This document shows, in pieces, positions 19,339 through 28,266 of a stretch of 41,341 nt of DNA. The DNA lies in the NCBI GenBank assembly GCA_003250325.1, contig QKGU01000212.1, positions 1 through 41,341 of the forward strand, written 5' to 3'. The notes under the pieces are model-generated. The model saw only the letters and a list, made by a program, of their open reading frames with translations, was not told the DNA's origin and searched no databases. Positions within the stretch are counted from its first letter, which is position 1; every line of letters begins with the position of its first letter. Both the position numbers and the translations under genes were made by a program. Source of the stretch: Paludibacter sp. GTDB lineage: Bacteria; Bacteroidota; Bacteroidia; Bacteroidales; Paludibacteraceae.

Positions 19339-20079
19339 TTAAACTGAATGAGCTTCAATATATCGCCAGCACTCAGAATTATTCAAATACTCTGCATTTC
19401 GAACGTTTGATAAAACTTTAAACGTCATTTCCAGTTCATTCCAAAGACCTTGTTCTTCAATCTCCCAGGAATGTCCCCACAAATGAAATACACCTCCAGA
19501 ATTAGACATTCTTCCTAATGTATTCTCTACAAGACCAATAAAATTTTTATGTCCTTTTATAAAAACCGTATTATCTAAAATTGGTTTTAGATAATAGTTT
19601 TTCATACTGTGAGCTATCAGTACCACACTGCTATGATTATATGCCTGCACACTTGTATTCATCAGTTTCGATTTTACATCGAAACTTGTACGCAACAATT
19701 TAGTTGTACGCCCGAATAAAAAGCCTGCATTATTCACCAAATCAATATCCCGCTGAGAATACTTTCCACCAGGATAACAAAAAGCATTTATCTGTTCACC
19801 TGTTATATCTTCAAGCATTGGTTTACAATTCGAAATTTCATATTTAGCACCTTTATCACCTAACCGATTAAGATATATATGATTCACCGTATGAGCTCCT
19901 ATTTCCTGTCTTGTTGAAAGTTGCTTTAATAAACTCTCCTCCATAACCCTTTGTTCGGAATTACGCAATGGCACATAAAAAGTTCCTTTCAGGTTATACT
20001 TTTCAAGCAAATCAGCCAACCTCAAATCCAATGGATGTCCATCGTCCCAACTAGTGGTTATAATTATTTTCTTCTCCAT
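19339..20079 (-). CDS. Polysaccharide deacetylase (NodB/CE4)
   Basis: TSWDDG, EIGAHTVNH, FCYPGG, HLWGHSWE; an upstream in-frame ATG exists at 20094. Confidence 0.88.
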   Translation of the reverse strand: MEKKIIITTSWDDGHPLDLRLADLLEKYNLKGTFYVPLRNSEQRVMEESLLKQLSTRQEIGAHTVNHIYLNRLGDKGAKYEISNCKPMLEDITGEQINAFCYPGGKYSQRDIDLVNNAGFLFGRTTKLLRTSFDVKSKLMNTSVQAYNHSSVVLIAHSMKNYYLKPILDNTVFIKGHKNFIGLVENTLGRMSNSGGVFHLWGHSWEIEEQGLWNELEMTFKVLSNVRNAEYLNNSECWRYIEAHSV

Positions 20080-20981
20080 TGTACCTGCGAACATTTATTC
20101 TTCAACCTTGTACTTAAAGAATAATGATTATAAAATTGTTTCGATATACCTTTTTGCGGATCTTCAGTATTCAAGAAATTAAATTCAGTTTGTTCAGAAT
20201 CATCCAAATGATTGTTATAGGTATCGTTTTTCTTGTTCGTATGTGTAGCTCCCGAAGTAAATCCATTGTACAAAACCTTTGATCTTACAGGAAACACATT
20301 CAGCAAATCGTATTTAAAGTTGTGATAGTCGAATCGTATAGCCCAGGAATCAATTTCTCCCAGCATTTGTCTACGCAACATTTTCACTAAATCACTTCCG
20401 CCCCGCATAAATTTGAACAATTTAAGAATATTCCATCTATAATGAGAATAATCTTTCATCTCCCAATCAATTTTTTCCCAACGCTCCTTCCAAGTACCCC
20501 ATCCCCACGAAGCGAAACGATACGAAAAGGCTACATCATATTTGTAATATTCAGGGTATTCCAGATCAAATGCATAACCTGAAACGCTCAGTATGCGTGG
20601 CGAATGTTTATAGTAACTTAATGCGTCGTTCATAAAACTCAAAAAATTGGGAGAAAGAATCAAATCATCTTCTACCACGATCACCTTACCATATTCATTC
20701 ACAATCTGTGTTACTCCCGAAATAATCGAATTTGCTAAGCCTTTATTGAGTTTACTCTCAAAAATAGTAACATTCTTAAAACCTGTAATTGTGTGAATGT
20801 ATTTCCGAACCACACTTACATCGTAACGTGTACTTTCATTCTTTTCTCCATCCGAGAAAATGTACAATTCACTCTGGGTTGCTAAAAAATTCCTTTGCAA
20901 AGACTCAACTGTTTGTTTCGTTTCATTTAATCGCGAATAAACGAAAAGACAAATAGGAGCAAGAGATTTAATATTTTCCAT
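20064..20981 (-). CDS. Glycosyltransferase family 2 / sugar transferase
   Basis: APICLFVYSR, FSDG, NKGLANSI, VVEDD, SWGWGTW; start MENIK preferred. Confidence 0.88.
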   Translation of the reverse strand: MENIKSLAPICLFVYSRLNETKQTVESLQRNFLATQSELYIFSDGEKNESTRYDVSVVRKYIHTITGFKNVTIFESKLNKGLANSIISGVTQIVNEYGKVIVVEDDLILSPNFLSFMNDALSYYKHSPRILSVSGYAFDLEYPEYYKYDVAFSYRFASWGWGTWKERWEKIDWEMKDYSHYRWNILKLFKFMRGGSDLVKMLRRQMLGEIDSWAIRFDYHNFKYDLLNVFPVRSKVLYNGFTSGATHTNKKNDTYNNHLDDSEQTEFNFLNTEDPQKGISKQFYNHYSLSTRLKNKCSQVQWRRK

Positions 20982-21003
20982 ACATTGTTCAAAACAAATA
21001 ACA

Positions 21004-22023
21004 CTACTTATCAACCTTTGCCATCTTAATTGTCATTAAGACTTTCTTTATCGGTTGGAAAATCGACAAATCTTTTAAAAGAATCAACCGCTCATTTATG
21101 GCAACTTTAATTCTAACCAAATAATAATCAAAGGAATAATTTCTATAAATATAATATGAGAACAAATCATGGTTTTCGGCCATCATTCTTCTTTTTAATT
21201 CATTTTTTCCCCACAAAAAATGAAATCGTAACCAACCTTTCTCAATAGCATGTTGAATCATATAGAATGCACAAATCTCTCCGATATTGTACTCCAGAAA
21301 CGACTCATCATATGATATAACATGCATGAAGATATCATTGTTTATAACCGTACCAATGGCTCCTCCAATAATTTTGCCGTCAAGTTCAAGTACTCCTACA
21401 CAACCATAAAAACAAGCATATTTAAAAATATTATTTTCTAATTCGTTGTTGATCCCGGAGATTTTTCCTTTTGTTTTCATCCTGCTACGGTTGAATTGAA
21501 CTATCGTATCAACTACCGATTCATTTATTTCCTTACCGCATCTGATTGTAAAATTGACAGAATGAAAGTCATTCAGCAATTTTGTAATTCTGTTTTTTAT
21601 GTTTTTTCTCTTTTTTGCACCAAGGTTTGTTTGGTATTCATCAACTGTTTTTGGCAGTTCTAAAATCTGATTATCTGACTTGTATACCATAACTGATTTT
21701 GCCAGCTCATAGGTTCGGTAAGCAGCATCGATTTTCACTTTGCTAATTTTTGGGAATTTATTGAAGATCAATTCCGAGAATTCTGCAATCAGGCTTTCCT
21801 CCATCGAAGCCAACGAATTGAAACAAAAGGCTGTATTTCCGCTATTGCCGAAAACAATCAACTCTTTCAGTTCTCCCTCTTGAGTGAACGCAATATGATA
21901 GAAATCACAATAAGGATGAAATATTTCTAGATAACGACATGTAGTTAAATATGAATTGTATCTTTTTATTAGAAATGCTTCATGCTCAAAAGGTAGTCCT
22001 TTATGTATTTCGTTTTTAATCAT
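21004..22023 (-). CDS. GNAT-family (CelD/BcsL-like, Acetyltransf_6) acyltransferase
   Basis: LELP..DEY...L....R.N, YNIG, FHFLWG..ELKRR C-terminal motif. Confidence 0.78.
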   Translation of the reverse strand: MIKNEIHKGLPFEHEAFLIKRYNSYLTTCRYLEIFHPYCDFYHIAFTQEGELKELIVFGNSGNTAFCFNSLASMEESLIAEFSELIFNKFPKISKVKIDAAYRTYELAKSVMVYKSDNQILELPKTVDEYQTNLGAKKRKNIKNRITKLLNDFHSVNFTIRCGKEINESVVDTIVQFNRSRMKTKGKISGINNELENNIFKYACFYGCVGVLELDGKIIGGAIGTVINNDIFMHVISYDESFLEYNIGEICAFYMIQHAIEKGWLRFHFLWGKNELKRRMMAENHDLFSYYIYRNYSFDYYLVRIKVAINERLILLKDLSIFQPIKKVLMTIKMAKVDK

Positions 22024-22071
22024 GCAGTTTCTGTTGTAATTAATGTAAAAATTTTATTTTTCAGGGGTTCA

Positions 22072-23091
22072 TTATAAATTCTTCTTCCTGAAATTTTTTA
22101 TCGCATCTCTTAATGGCTTAGCTAATTTTGACTGTCTGACATTCAACAAAAAAATCGATAAGGAAGCCTTAACCTTACTCATTATAAAATCCAGTGAATA
22201 GGATCGGCAAAAAACATAGGTTGTTAATGGTGTTGGCATTGCCATAAAACGCATCTTGTAATCATTATCTCCCCACAAAAAATGGAATGTTTTTAATTTC
22301 ATCTCTATTGCGGTTTGAATTGCATTGACAATACAAATCTGTCCCGGGTTATATTTAGAAAATTTATTCTCGTGAGCTATCATAAAAAAGAAAAAATGGT
22401 CGCTCAAGATATACGATATACTTCCGGCTATAATTTCTCCATCAACTTCGATATAAGTTACAAGTCCGTAATGTTGCGAGAAGTTATAAAAGTCGATTAC
22501 ATCTTTCTGAGTTTTTCCGGGAATTATCCCTTTCGATTTCATTCTGCTGTAGCTCAACTGAACAATTTTATTTATAACACTCTCGTCAATTTCATTTTTT
22601 TGCTTTACAACAAACTGAGCATTCGGAAAATCTCTCAACAGTCTTGCACGGTAATTTTTCAGATGTCTTCTCGTTGCTGTACCTAATTTTAAATAATAAT
22701 CATCCAACGAATCGGGCAAATCGAGTATGTAATCATTTGCAGTTGATAACAGAAATGACTTTGCCAAATCATATTTTCTATACGAAGCAGAAAATTTTAT
22801 TCTGTTTATTGTTGGAAATTTTTCAAACACACTTTTCGTAAACTCATCAACAACATCAGAAGCTATGTCTACTAGTGAATTGTAGCAATTACATGTATCT
22901 TCATCGACTCCAAAAACAAATATATCAGTAATTTGTCCATCAGTTTTTGCCAAAGCGTATTTGTGTTTCTCGTTCGGAAAATATACACTTATATATCTGC
23001 AGTTCGTAATAAAAGATTTATATTTTTCTATCAGGAAATCTTCATAGTCAAAAGGGAGACCCTCATAAAATTCAATTGACAAATTATTCAT
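22072..23091 (-). CDS. GNAT-family (CelD/BcsL-like) acyltransferase, paralog of 21004..22023
   Basis: LDLP.SLDDYY..L...TRR, YNPG, FHFLWG.NDYK.RF; same length (339 aa). Confidence 0.8.
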   Translation of the reverse strand: MNNLSIEFYEGLPFDYEDFLIEKYKSFITNCRYISVYFPNEKHKYALAKTDGQITDIFVFGVDEDTCNCYNSLVDIASDVVDEFTKSVFEKFPTINRIKFSASYRKYDLAKSFLLSTANDYILDLPDSLDDYYLKLGTATRRHLKNYRARLLRDFPNAQFVVKQKNEIDESVINKIVQLSYSRMKSKGIIPGKTQKDVIDFYNFSQHYGLVTYIEVDGEIIAGSISYILSDHFFFFMIAHENKFSKYNPGQICIVNAIQTAIEMKLKTFHFLWGDNDYKMRFMAMPTPLTTYVFCRSYSLDFIMSKVKASLSIFLLNVRQSKLAKPLRDAIKNFRKKNL

Positions 23092-23235
23092 ATCGTTTCA
23101 ATTTACACATAAAACAGACAGCTATTCTTTAGAACACCAATCTCAAAACTTTTTTTTCGTTTTAAGGTAGTTAATGCTTTTCTACAACAACATTCTCACA
23201 ATTAATAATGTTGACGATTACCTGTGAATTCTTTG

Positions 23236-24357
23236 TTACAATTGCTTTTTCGACAAAAATTCATTCAAAATATTTTTCAATCTCGATTCAAACATTTCCT
23301 GTTTAAATTCATGAACAAATTTATTCCTTGCAGCCTCTCCCATTCTTTTTCGAAGCTTCTGGTCTACGATTAAAACTCCCAGTTTTTCAGCTAGCTCTTT
23401 GACATCTCTTTGAGCAACGAGATAGCCAGTCACTCCTTTGTCTACAATATCAGGAATACCACCTTCGTAAGTAGAGACTACCGGTAAACTTGCCGACATA
23501 GCCTCCAGAATTACCAATGGGAAACACTCATTATGGTAAAAAGTGGGGAAAGCAAAAATATCGGATTCCAATAAAGAAAGATTTTTTTCTTCACCATATT
23601 TTTTACCAACATATTCCACGGTACTCTCAAGCCCTAATTTAATCACTTTTTTATTAAATTGAGCCGCACTAATGTCGCTTTCTGCACCTATGTATTTACA
23701 TTTAAAGCTCAGTCCTTTATCCTGCATTATTTTGCACGCATCCAGCAAATCATAAACACCTTTCGACTCTATAAGATTGGAAAGAAATGCTATCTGAGGA
23801 ACCGCATCTTTTTTATGTAATATCTTATCCTCAAAAAGACTTACATCCGGAATTCCATTCGGACATATATAGACATTCGACATTGGAACAAATTTCATTA
23901 TGTCTTTGTACAAATGATTGGAGAGTAGAATAACCGCTGCATTTTTAAACACAAACCGGTATGACAACTGATAAAAAAACAAAGATTCCTTCTCACTTAC
24001 TCCCTTGTTGTGTAAGTGGTAAATTCTTTCAATTCCAAACAAACGCAACAATCCAATGAGTAGCACATCTTTATAAAAAGCCCAACCTGTGGTTGAAAGG
24101 GCCAAATAACAAAGATCCGGGTGTTGTTTAATTATACTCAGGAGTAATTCGAGCCAAACAGAAAATGATCTGACAATCTTAAATAAGTTGAATTTACCGG
24201 TTTCGCCTATTTTACGCGAGACAAGAAGATTAATGTACCTGCAATCAAATGCCGAATTTATAATCTCACTATTTTTTATCGACAATCCGACTATAGAAGA
24301 TCCATGCACCGGAGGTGGAACATGAAGCACAAAAAGGATCTTTTTTTTCTCTTCCAT
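23236..24357 (-). CDS. Glycosyltransferase family 4, paralog of 18174..19277
   Basis: PPPVHG, ECFPLVILEAM, GGIPDIV; start MEEKKK preferred over GTG 24411. Confidence 0.92.
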   Translation of the reverse strand: MEEKKKILFVLHVPPPVHGSSIVGLSIKNSEIINSAFDCRYINLLVSRKIGETGKFNLFKIVRSFSVWLELLLSIIKQHPDLCYLALSTTGWAFYKDVLLIGLLRLFGIERIYHLHNKGVSEKESLFFYQLSYRFVFKNAAVILLSNHLYKDIMKFVPMSNVYICPNGIPDVSLFEDKILHKKDAVPQIAFLSNLIESKGVYDLLDACKIMQDKGLSFKCKYIGAESDISAAQFNKKVIKLGLESTVEYVGKKYGEEKNLSLLESDIFAFPTFYHNECFPLVILEAMSASLPVVSTYEGGIPDIVDKGVTGYLVAQRDVKELAEKLGVLIVDQKLRKRMGEAARNKFVHEFKQEMFESRLKNILNEFLSKKQL

Positions 24358-24403
24358 AAAATTCCGAATAATATTTCTACTCTGTTTACACGTACTTACA
24401 ACT

Positions 24404-25327
24404 TTAAGCACTATAGTTTTCTAAAAACTTTTTCAATTCAAAGTAATGTATTTTAAGGTCTTTATTATTCTTTTCTGTCTCGATGTAGCATTTCAATTTC
24501 GAGAATTCTTTTAGGTAAGGTATCCAATCTGTTACTTGGAATCTATCAAAATACTTTTTTATCATTCCAATATTTGCATTAATAACCGTTCCAAATCTCA
24601 TCGACTCGTTTATTAAAAACTCATATTGAAATATATAAGTAAAAAGATCATATCCCAGAGGATACTCACCTCCCATTTCCCAATCAAACAATTCAATATC
24701 TTCGTGATCTTTCAGCATATTCCACACACAAAAATCACCATGAGCGAAGCAGGTTCTCAAACTGGTTTCAAAAGTTTTGTATGTTTTTATTTTCTGATCG
24801 GACAAGTCGAAAAGAATCTGCATTATTTTATCATCCAGATTCATATTTTTAACTTTATCTCCCAAAAAAACCGATGTTTTTATAAGCGAGAAACCTTCAT
24901 CTGAGTTCACACTCATTTCAATCCGAGGTACGAATGACAAATTTTTCAATTGTTGTAAAACTATTCCTTCGTTAAAAACATTTTTCCGGGCTACATCGCT
25001 AGTCCCATATTTAATGTAAAATGGCACTCCTGTATTTTTATCAACCCCTAAAACAGATATTTTTTGTTCTACGCCAATAGTACCATTGCTGAATGCCAGG
25101 ATTGAATCAGAAGAGATATATTTTTCAATATTCTTAATCGGGAAAACCTTTTCGAGTTGATTTACGCTAAATATATACCTGAAGAGTGACACTTGCAACC
25201 AAATTTTCCACATCAATTTTGCAGTCCATTTATATGGCTGATAAAGCTTTAAGAGTATAGGATAATCCTGGAAGCCTTTCGGAAAATAATATTGCTTACT
25301 AAAAGGATTAAAGTAGTAATATCTCAT
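24404..25327 (-). CDS. Kinase-like phosphotransferase (APH/choline kinase superfamily)
   Basis: FYIK...NE, catalytic HGDF..WN and FDWE motifs. Confidence 0.78.
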   Translation of the reverse strand: MRYYYFNPFSKQYYFPKGFQDYPILLKLYQPYKWTAKLMWKIWLQVSLFRYIFSVNQLEKVFPIKNIEKYISSDSILAFSNGTIGVEQKISVLGVDKNTGVPFYIKYGTSDVARKNVFNEGIVLQQLKNLSFVPRIEMSVNSDEGFSLIKTSVFLGDKVKNMNLDDKIMQILFDLSDQKIKTYKTFETSLRTCFAHGDFCVWNMLKDHEDIELFDWEMGGEYPLGYDLFTYIFQYEFLINESMRFGTVINANIGMIKKYFDRFQVTDWIPYLKEFSKLKCYIETEKNNKDLKIHYFELKKFLENYSA

Positions 25328-25393
25328 ACATCAAACTTAAGGAATCAAAAAATGATTTTAGCCACTCTTAAAAACATATTGTTTTAGAAGTCG

Positions 25394-25581
25394 TCTTGAC
25401 TTTTTACAAACAGTATAATTTCGCTCCTAATGGAGCTTAAAATAGTATTCCCAATTTATATTTTACCATAATGACACTTCTACGAAGCTAAATATTTGCT
25501 CCGTTAGGAGTAAAAATTATGCTAGTTATTATGTTTTTTAAATAAAAAGCTCTGTAGGAGCGACATTATAAAAAGTCAAGA
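25394..25581. repeat. 188-bp REP/REPIN- or MITE-like nested inverted-repeat element
   Basis: 13-bp terminal inverted repeats TCTTGACTTTTTA / TAAAAAGTCAAGA enclosing four AGCTCCGTAGGAGCGACATTAT-like units (two minus, two plus). Confidence 0.75.
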
Positions 25582-25588
25582 TAAGTTC

Positions 25589-26716
25589 TTAAATATCTTT
25601 TCTTAAAAACGAAATAACATCGCGAATTTTTTGATTAAATGTATATGGCATCAATGAGACTGAGTTTGATTGTTCTTTCACTTTCTTCACATTACCATTC
25701 AATTTATCATTTAACATTAAAAGCATTTTTTCTTCATCATAAGGATCAAAAATCACCCCATTGTTTTGGTTTATCAAGCATGCTGCACCCGCAACATCCG
25801 AACACATAACTGGAACTCCTGCAATTAATGACTCGTTGACCACTGCTCCGAAAACTTCAGAAATACTTGGCAAAATAAAGTAATCGGCAAGCCTGTACCA
25901 GGCGTAAAGAGCCTCATTTTCATATCGTCCGGCAAAAATTACATTGTCCTCAATTTTCAGACTCTCAACTAAACCAGTTAGCTCTTTCTTTAAACAGCCA
26001 TCACCCACCAAAATCAACACCGAATTCTTATTAGTTGTTAAGTATGTTGAGAAAACGTTTAAAAGTGTATTTAAGTTTTTCACTTTTACCAAACGACCCA
26101 CAAAAAGTAAAATATTTTTCCCTTCTAAGTTATATTTATCTAAATAACTCTTCGTTATGTGATCTGTTTTGTCCAGAAATCCCTGTATTCGTTCTTCTTT
26201 TTGAATAATCGGATTCACAACCGTGTCGACATTTGGAAAGTTTTCTTTGTACCAATCTTTTGCAAAATCGTTCCCCAGAATAAGCCCATCCAATACCATT
26301 AAAGAAAGAGACCTGCCAAGTTTTCTGAGCATCGAACTATTTTGTGCCACGGCGACACTGTCATCACAAATGCTATACACTTTCGTTTTCGGCAAAAATA
26401 CTTTTGCAAACAGAGCAATCGAAAACGTGATATAACTGTACTCCAAACAAATAATAACATCAGGTTTAACCTGAGCAATTTTCTTTAGATATCCGAATCT
26501 TATCATTCTTTCTTTATGATAAAGATCAAATCCTTTGGTCATAAAGTGTGGGTCAAAATTCAACTGTTCAATTAGTTTCTTTGTATTAAATTTTTGCGAC
26601 ACCAAATTTTTTCTGAAAAAATAAAATTCTGCATCAAAGGCATTATTCAGTTCATTGAAAAAATCTATTCTATAAGGTGCTAATGAATTATGAAATACGA
26701 TTAATTTTTTTTTCAT
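25589..26716 (-). CDS. Glycosyltransferase family 4
   Basis: APYR, FVGRLVKVKN, EVFGAVVNESL. Confidence 0.92.
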   Translation of the reverse strand: MKKKLIVFHNSLAPYRIDFFNELNNAFDAEFYFFRKNLVSQKFNTKKLIEQLNFDPHFMTKGFDLYHKERMIRFGYLKKIAQVKPDVIICLEYSYITFSIALFAKVFLPKTKVYSICDDSVAVAQNSSMLRKLGRSLSLMVLDGLILGNDFAKDWYKENFPNVDTVVNPIIQKEERIQGFLDKTDHITKSYLDKYNLEGKNILLFVGRLVKVKNLNTLLNVFSTYLTTNKNSVLILVGDGCLKKELTGLVESLKIEDNVIFAGRYENEALYAWYRLADYFILPSISEVFGAVVNESLIAGVPVMCSDVAGAACLINQNNGVIFDPYDEEKMLLMLNDKLNGNVKKVKEQSNSVSLMPYTFNQKIRDVISFLRKDI

Positions 26717-26767
26717 TATTACGTCTTTTTACGTTCTACACATTTCCCTTTCACAGTAGTAATTACC

Positions 26768-27526
26768 TTATTTCGCCAACTGACTGTAAGAGATCAGATT
26801 ATAGTTCTCAATAACAGCAGGTAAAACAAGACTTAGATTCTCGTTTGCATAAACATCCTGAATTTGATTATCTCTAATCTCCCCGGGATGAATCATTAGT
26901 TCAACTATAGAGTTGTTTTTGATATTCCCTCTATAGTCGTTTAGATGCGAAATACCACCAAAATAATTGGTTCCAGACAGTTTATTCAGAGCTAAAGCCA
27001 GATTATATGAACTTCTATAATTTTTTTTCAAAAAAGTATTTTTTTCCAGATTGTTGGCAAGTCTCACGTACGGGATTTTTTCTTTTTTAAAAATATCAAG
27101 CAAAAGAAAAAACAATCCAGGTTGTTCGTGAATATGATTATGCGAATCGGCATGCGAAATAGGTATTCCAAATTTTCGGCAAAGTTGTATCTGACTTGTT
27201 ATTTCGTCGTGAACCGCAATTTTCTCAGAGGCCGAAAGCTGCAACAAACTGAGCTTCTTATTATGGAAAAAACCTTCGGCATTACAAAAGCGACTTTCGC
27301 TTCGAATCTTCTTTGTCAATGGCATTCCTTCTGTCAGGTTCAGATGAATCCCCACTTTTTCTTTTCTGTTATTTGAGATAGCGAGCTTTGCTGCACTCTC
27401 AGAGTCATCAAAATTGACCAACAAGGTTGTATCGGAACAAATTCCGGAATCCATAGATTGCATAATAGCCTCATTTACGACTTTATTCAATCCGAAATCA
27501 TCTGCATTAATTATTAATCTGTTCAT
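26768..27526 (-). CDS. ChbG/YdjC-family carbohydrate deacetylase
   Basis: IINADDFG, GIHLNLTEG, HADSHNHIH, ELMIHPG. Confidence 0.9.
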   Translation of the reverse strand: MNRLIINADDFGLNKVVNEAIMQSMDSGICSDTTLLVNFDDSESAAKLAISNNRKEKVGIHLNLTEGMPLTKKIRSESRFCNAEGFFHNKKLSLLQLSASEKIAVHDEITSQIQLCRKFGIPISHADSHNHIHEQPGLFFLLLDIFKKEKIPYVRLANNLEKNTFLKKNYRSSYNLALALNKLSGTNYFGGISHLNDYRGNIKNNSIVELMIHPGEIRDNQIQDVYANENLSLVLPAVIENYNLISYSQLAK

Positions 27527-27539
27527 CTTCCCTTTATTT

Positions 27540-28229
27540 TTACACCCTTTCCCTGTCCCAATGGATATCGTCTTTTATTTTCTTTGCAGGATTTCCTGCA
27601 TAAATCGAATGCGGTTCAACAACGCCCGTAACAATAGCCCCGGTAGCAATAACAGCTCCATCATTCACGACCGATCCTTTCAGAACTTTCGCATCTGCAC
27701 CCAGCCATACGTGGTTTCCTACTATCACAGGTTTAGCTGGATTAATGCGGATTTTAGTCCCTTCGGCAAAAATTGAATGACTATCACCGTTTCTGATTTC
27801 AATCCGATGAGAGAACATGCAATCACTTCCAATTTTAATCGATTCACCTTCGGTAGATGCAATATGTCCACCTTCGATTGAAGTAGTATGCCCAATGAAA
27901 ATCTCACTTCCATCATCTTCCAGCCAAAGTTCAAGTTTCTTCAACGTACAATTACTTTCAATCACTATTTTGCAGTTTTTCCCGGTAATATTCAGCTTGC
28001 AGTCGCTCAATCTGTTTTTTGGAGCAATCAGAATTGAATTATCCTCACCCTTGATATGAATTTTCGTGCGACTCAGCAATGAACCTGTATAGATGATTTT
28101 ATTATTTCTGTTACCTTTCGTTCTGAATTTTGTAGCAAAACTAAAGCAGCCGGCAAAGAGGTTCAGCAAAAACGTTGATTTCTTAGCAGACGATAAAAAA
28201 CTATTTTTCAAATCGTTGGACATAGACAT
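27540..28229 (-). CDS. Hexapeptide-repeat (LbH) O-acyltransferase
   Basis: DSHSI, VIVGNHVWLG...KG...GAVI..GAIV, YAGNPAK. Confidence 0.88.
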   Translation of the reverse strand: MSMSNDLKNSFLSSAKKSTFLLNLFAGCFSFATKFRTKGNRNNKIIYTGSLLSRTKIHIKGEDNSILIAPKNRLSDCKLNITGKNCKIVIESNCTLKKLELWLEDDGSEIFIGHTTSIEGGHIASTEGESIKIGSDCMFSHRIEIRNGDSHSIFAEGTKIRINPAKPVIVGNHVWLGADAKVLKGSVVNDGAVIATGAIVTGVVEPHSIYAGNPAKKIKDDIHWDRERV

Positions 28230-28233
28230 TAAA

Positions 28234-28264
28234 CAGTTACAAGAGTTTAGTTACAAGTTACGAG
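28234..28264. repeat. Degenerate heptamer repeat (AGTTACA-type) in the intergenic spacer
   Basis: agttacaag...agttacaagttacgag. Confidence 0.5.
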
Positions 28265-28266
28265 CA

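Noticed and set aside
24404-25327. Aminoglycoside resistance kinase
   Set aside because: Only the generic kinase fold motifs are shared, and the context is polysaccharide biosynthesis.
25394-25581. Mini CRISPR array from the four ~22-bp units
   Set aside because: Units are degenerate and in opposite orientations, which fits REP-like elements better.
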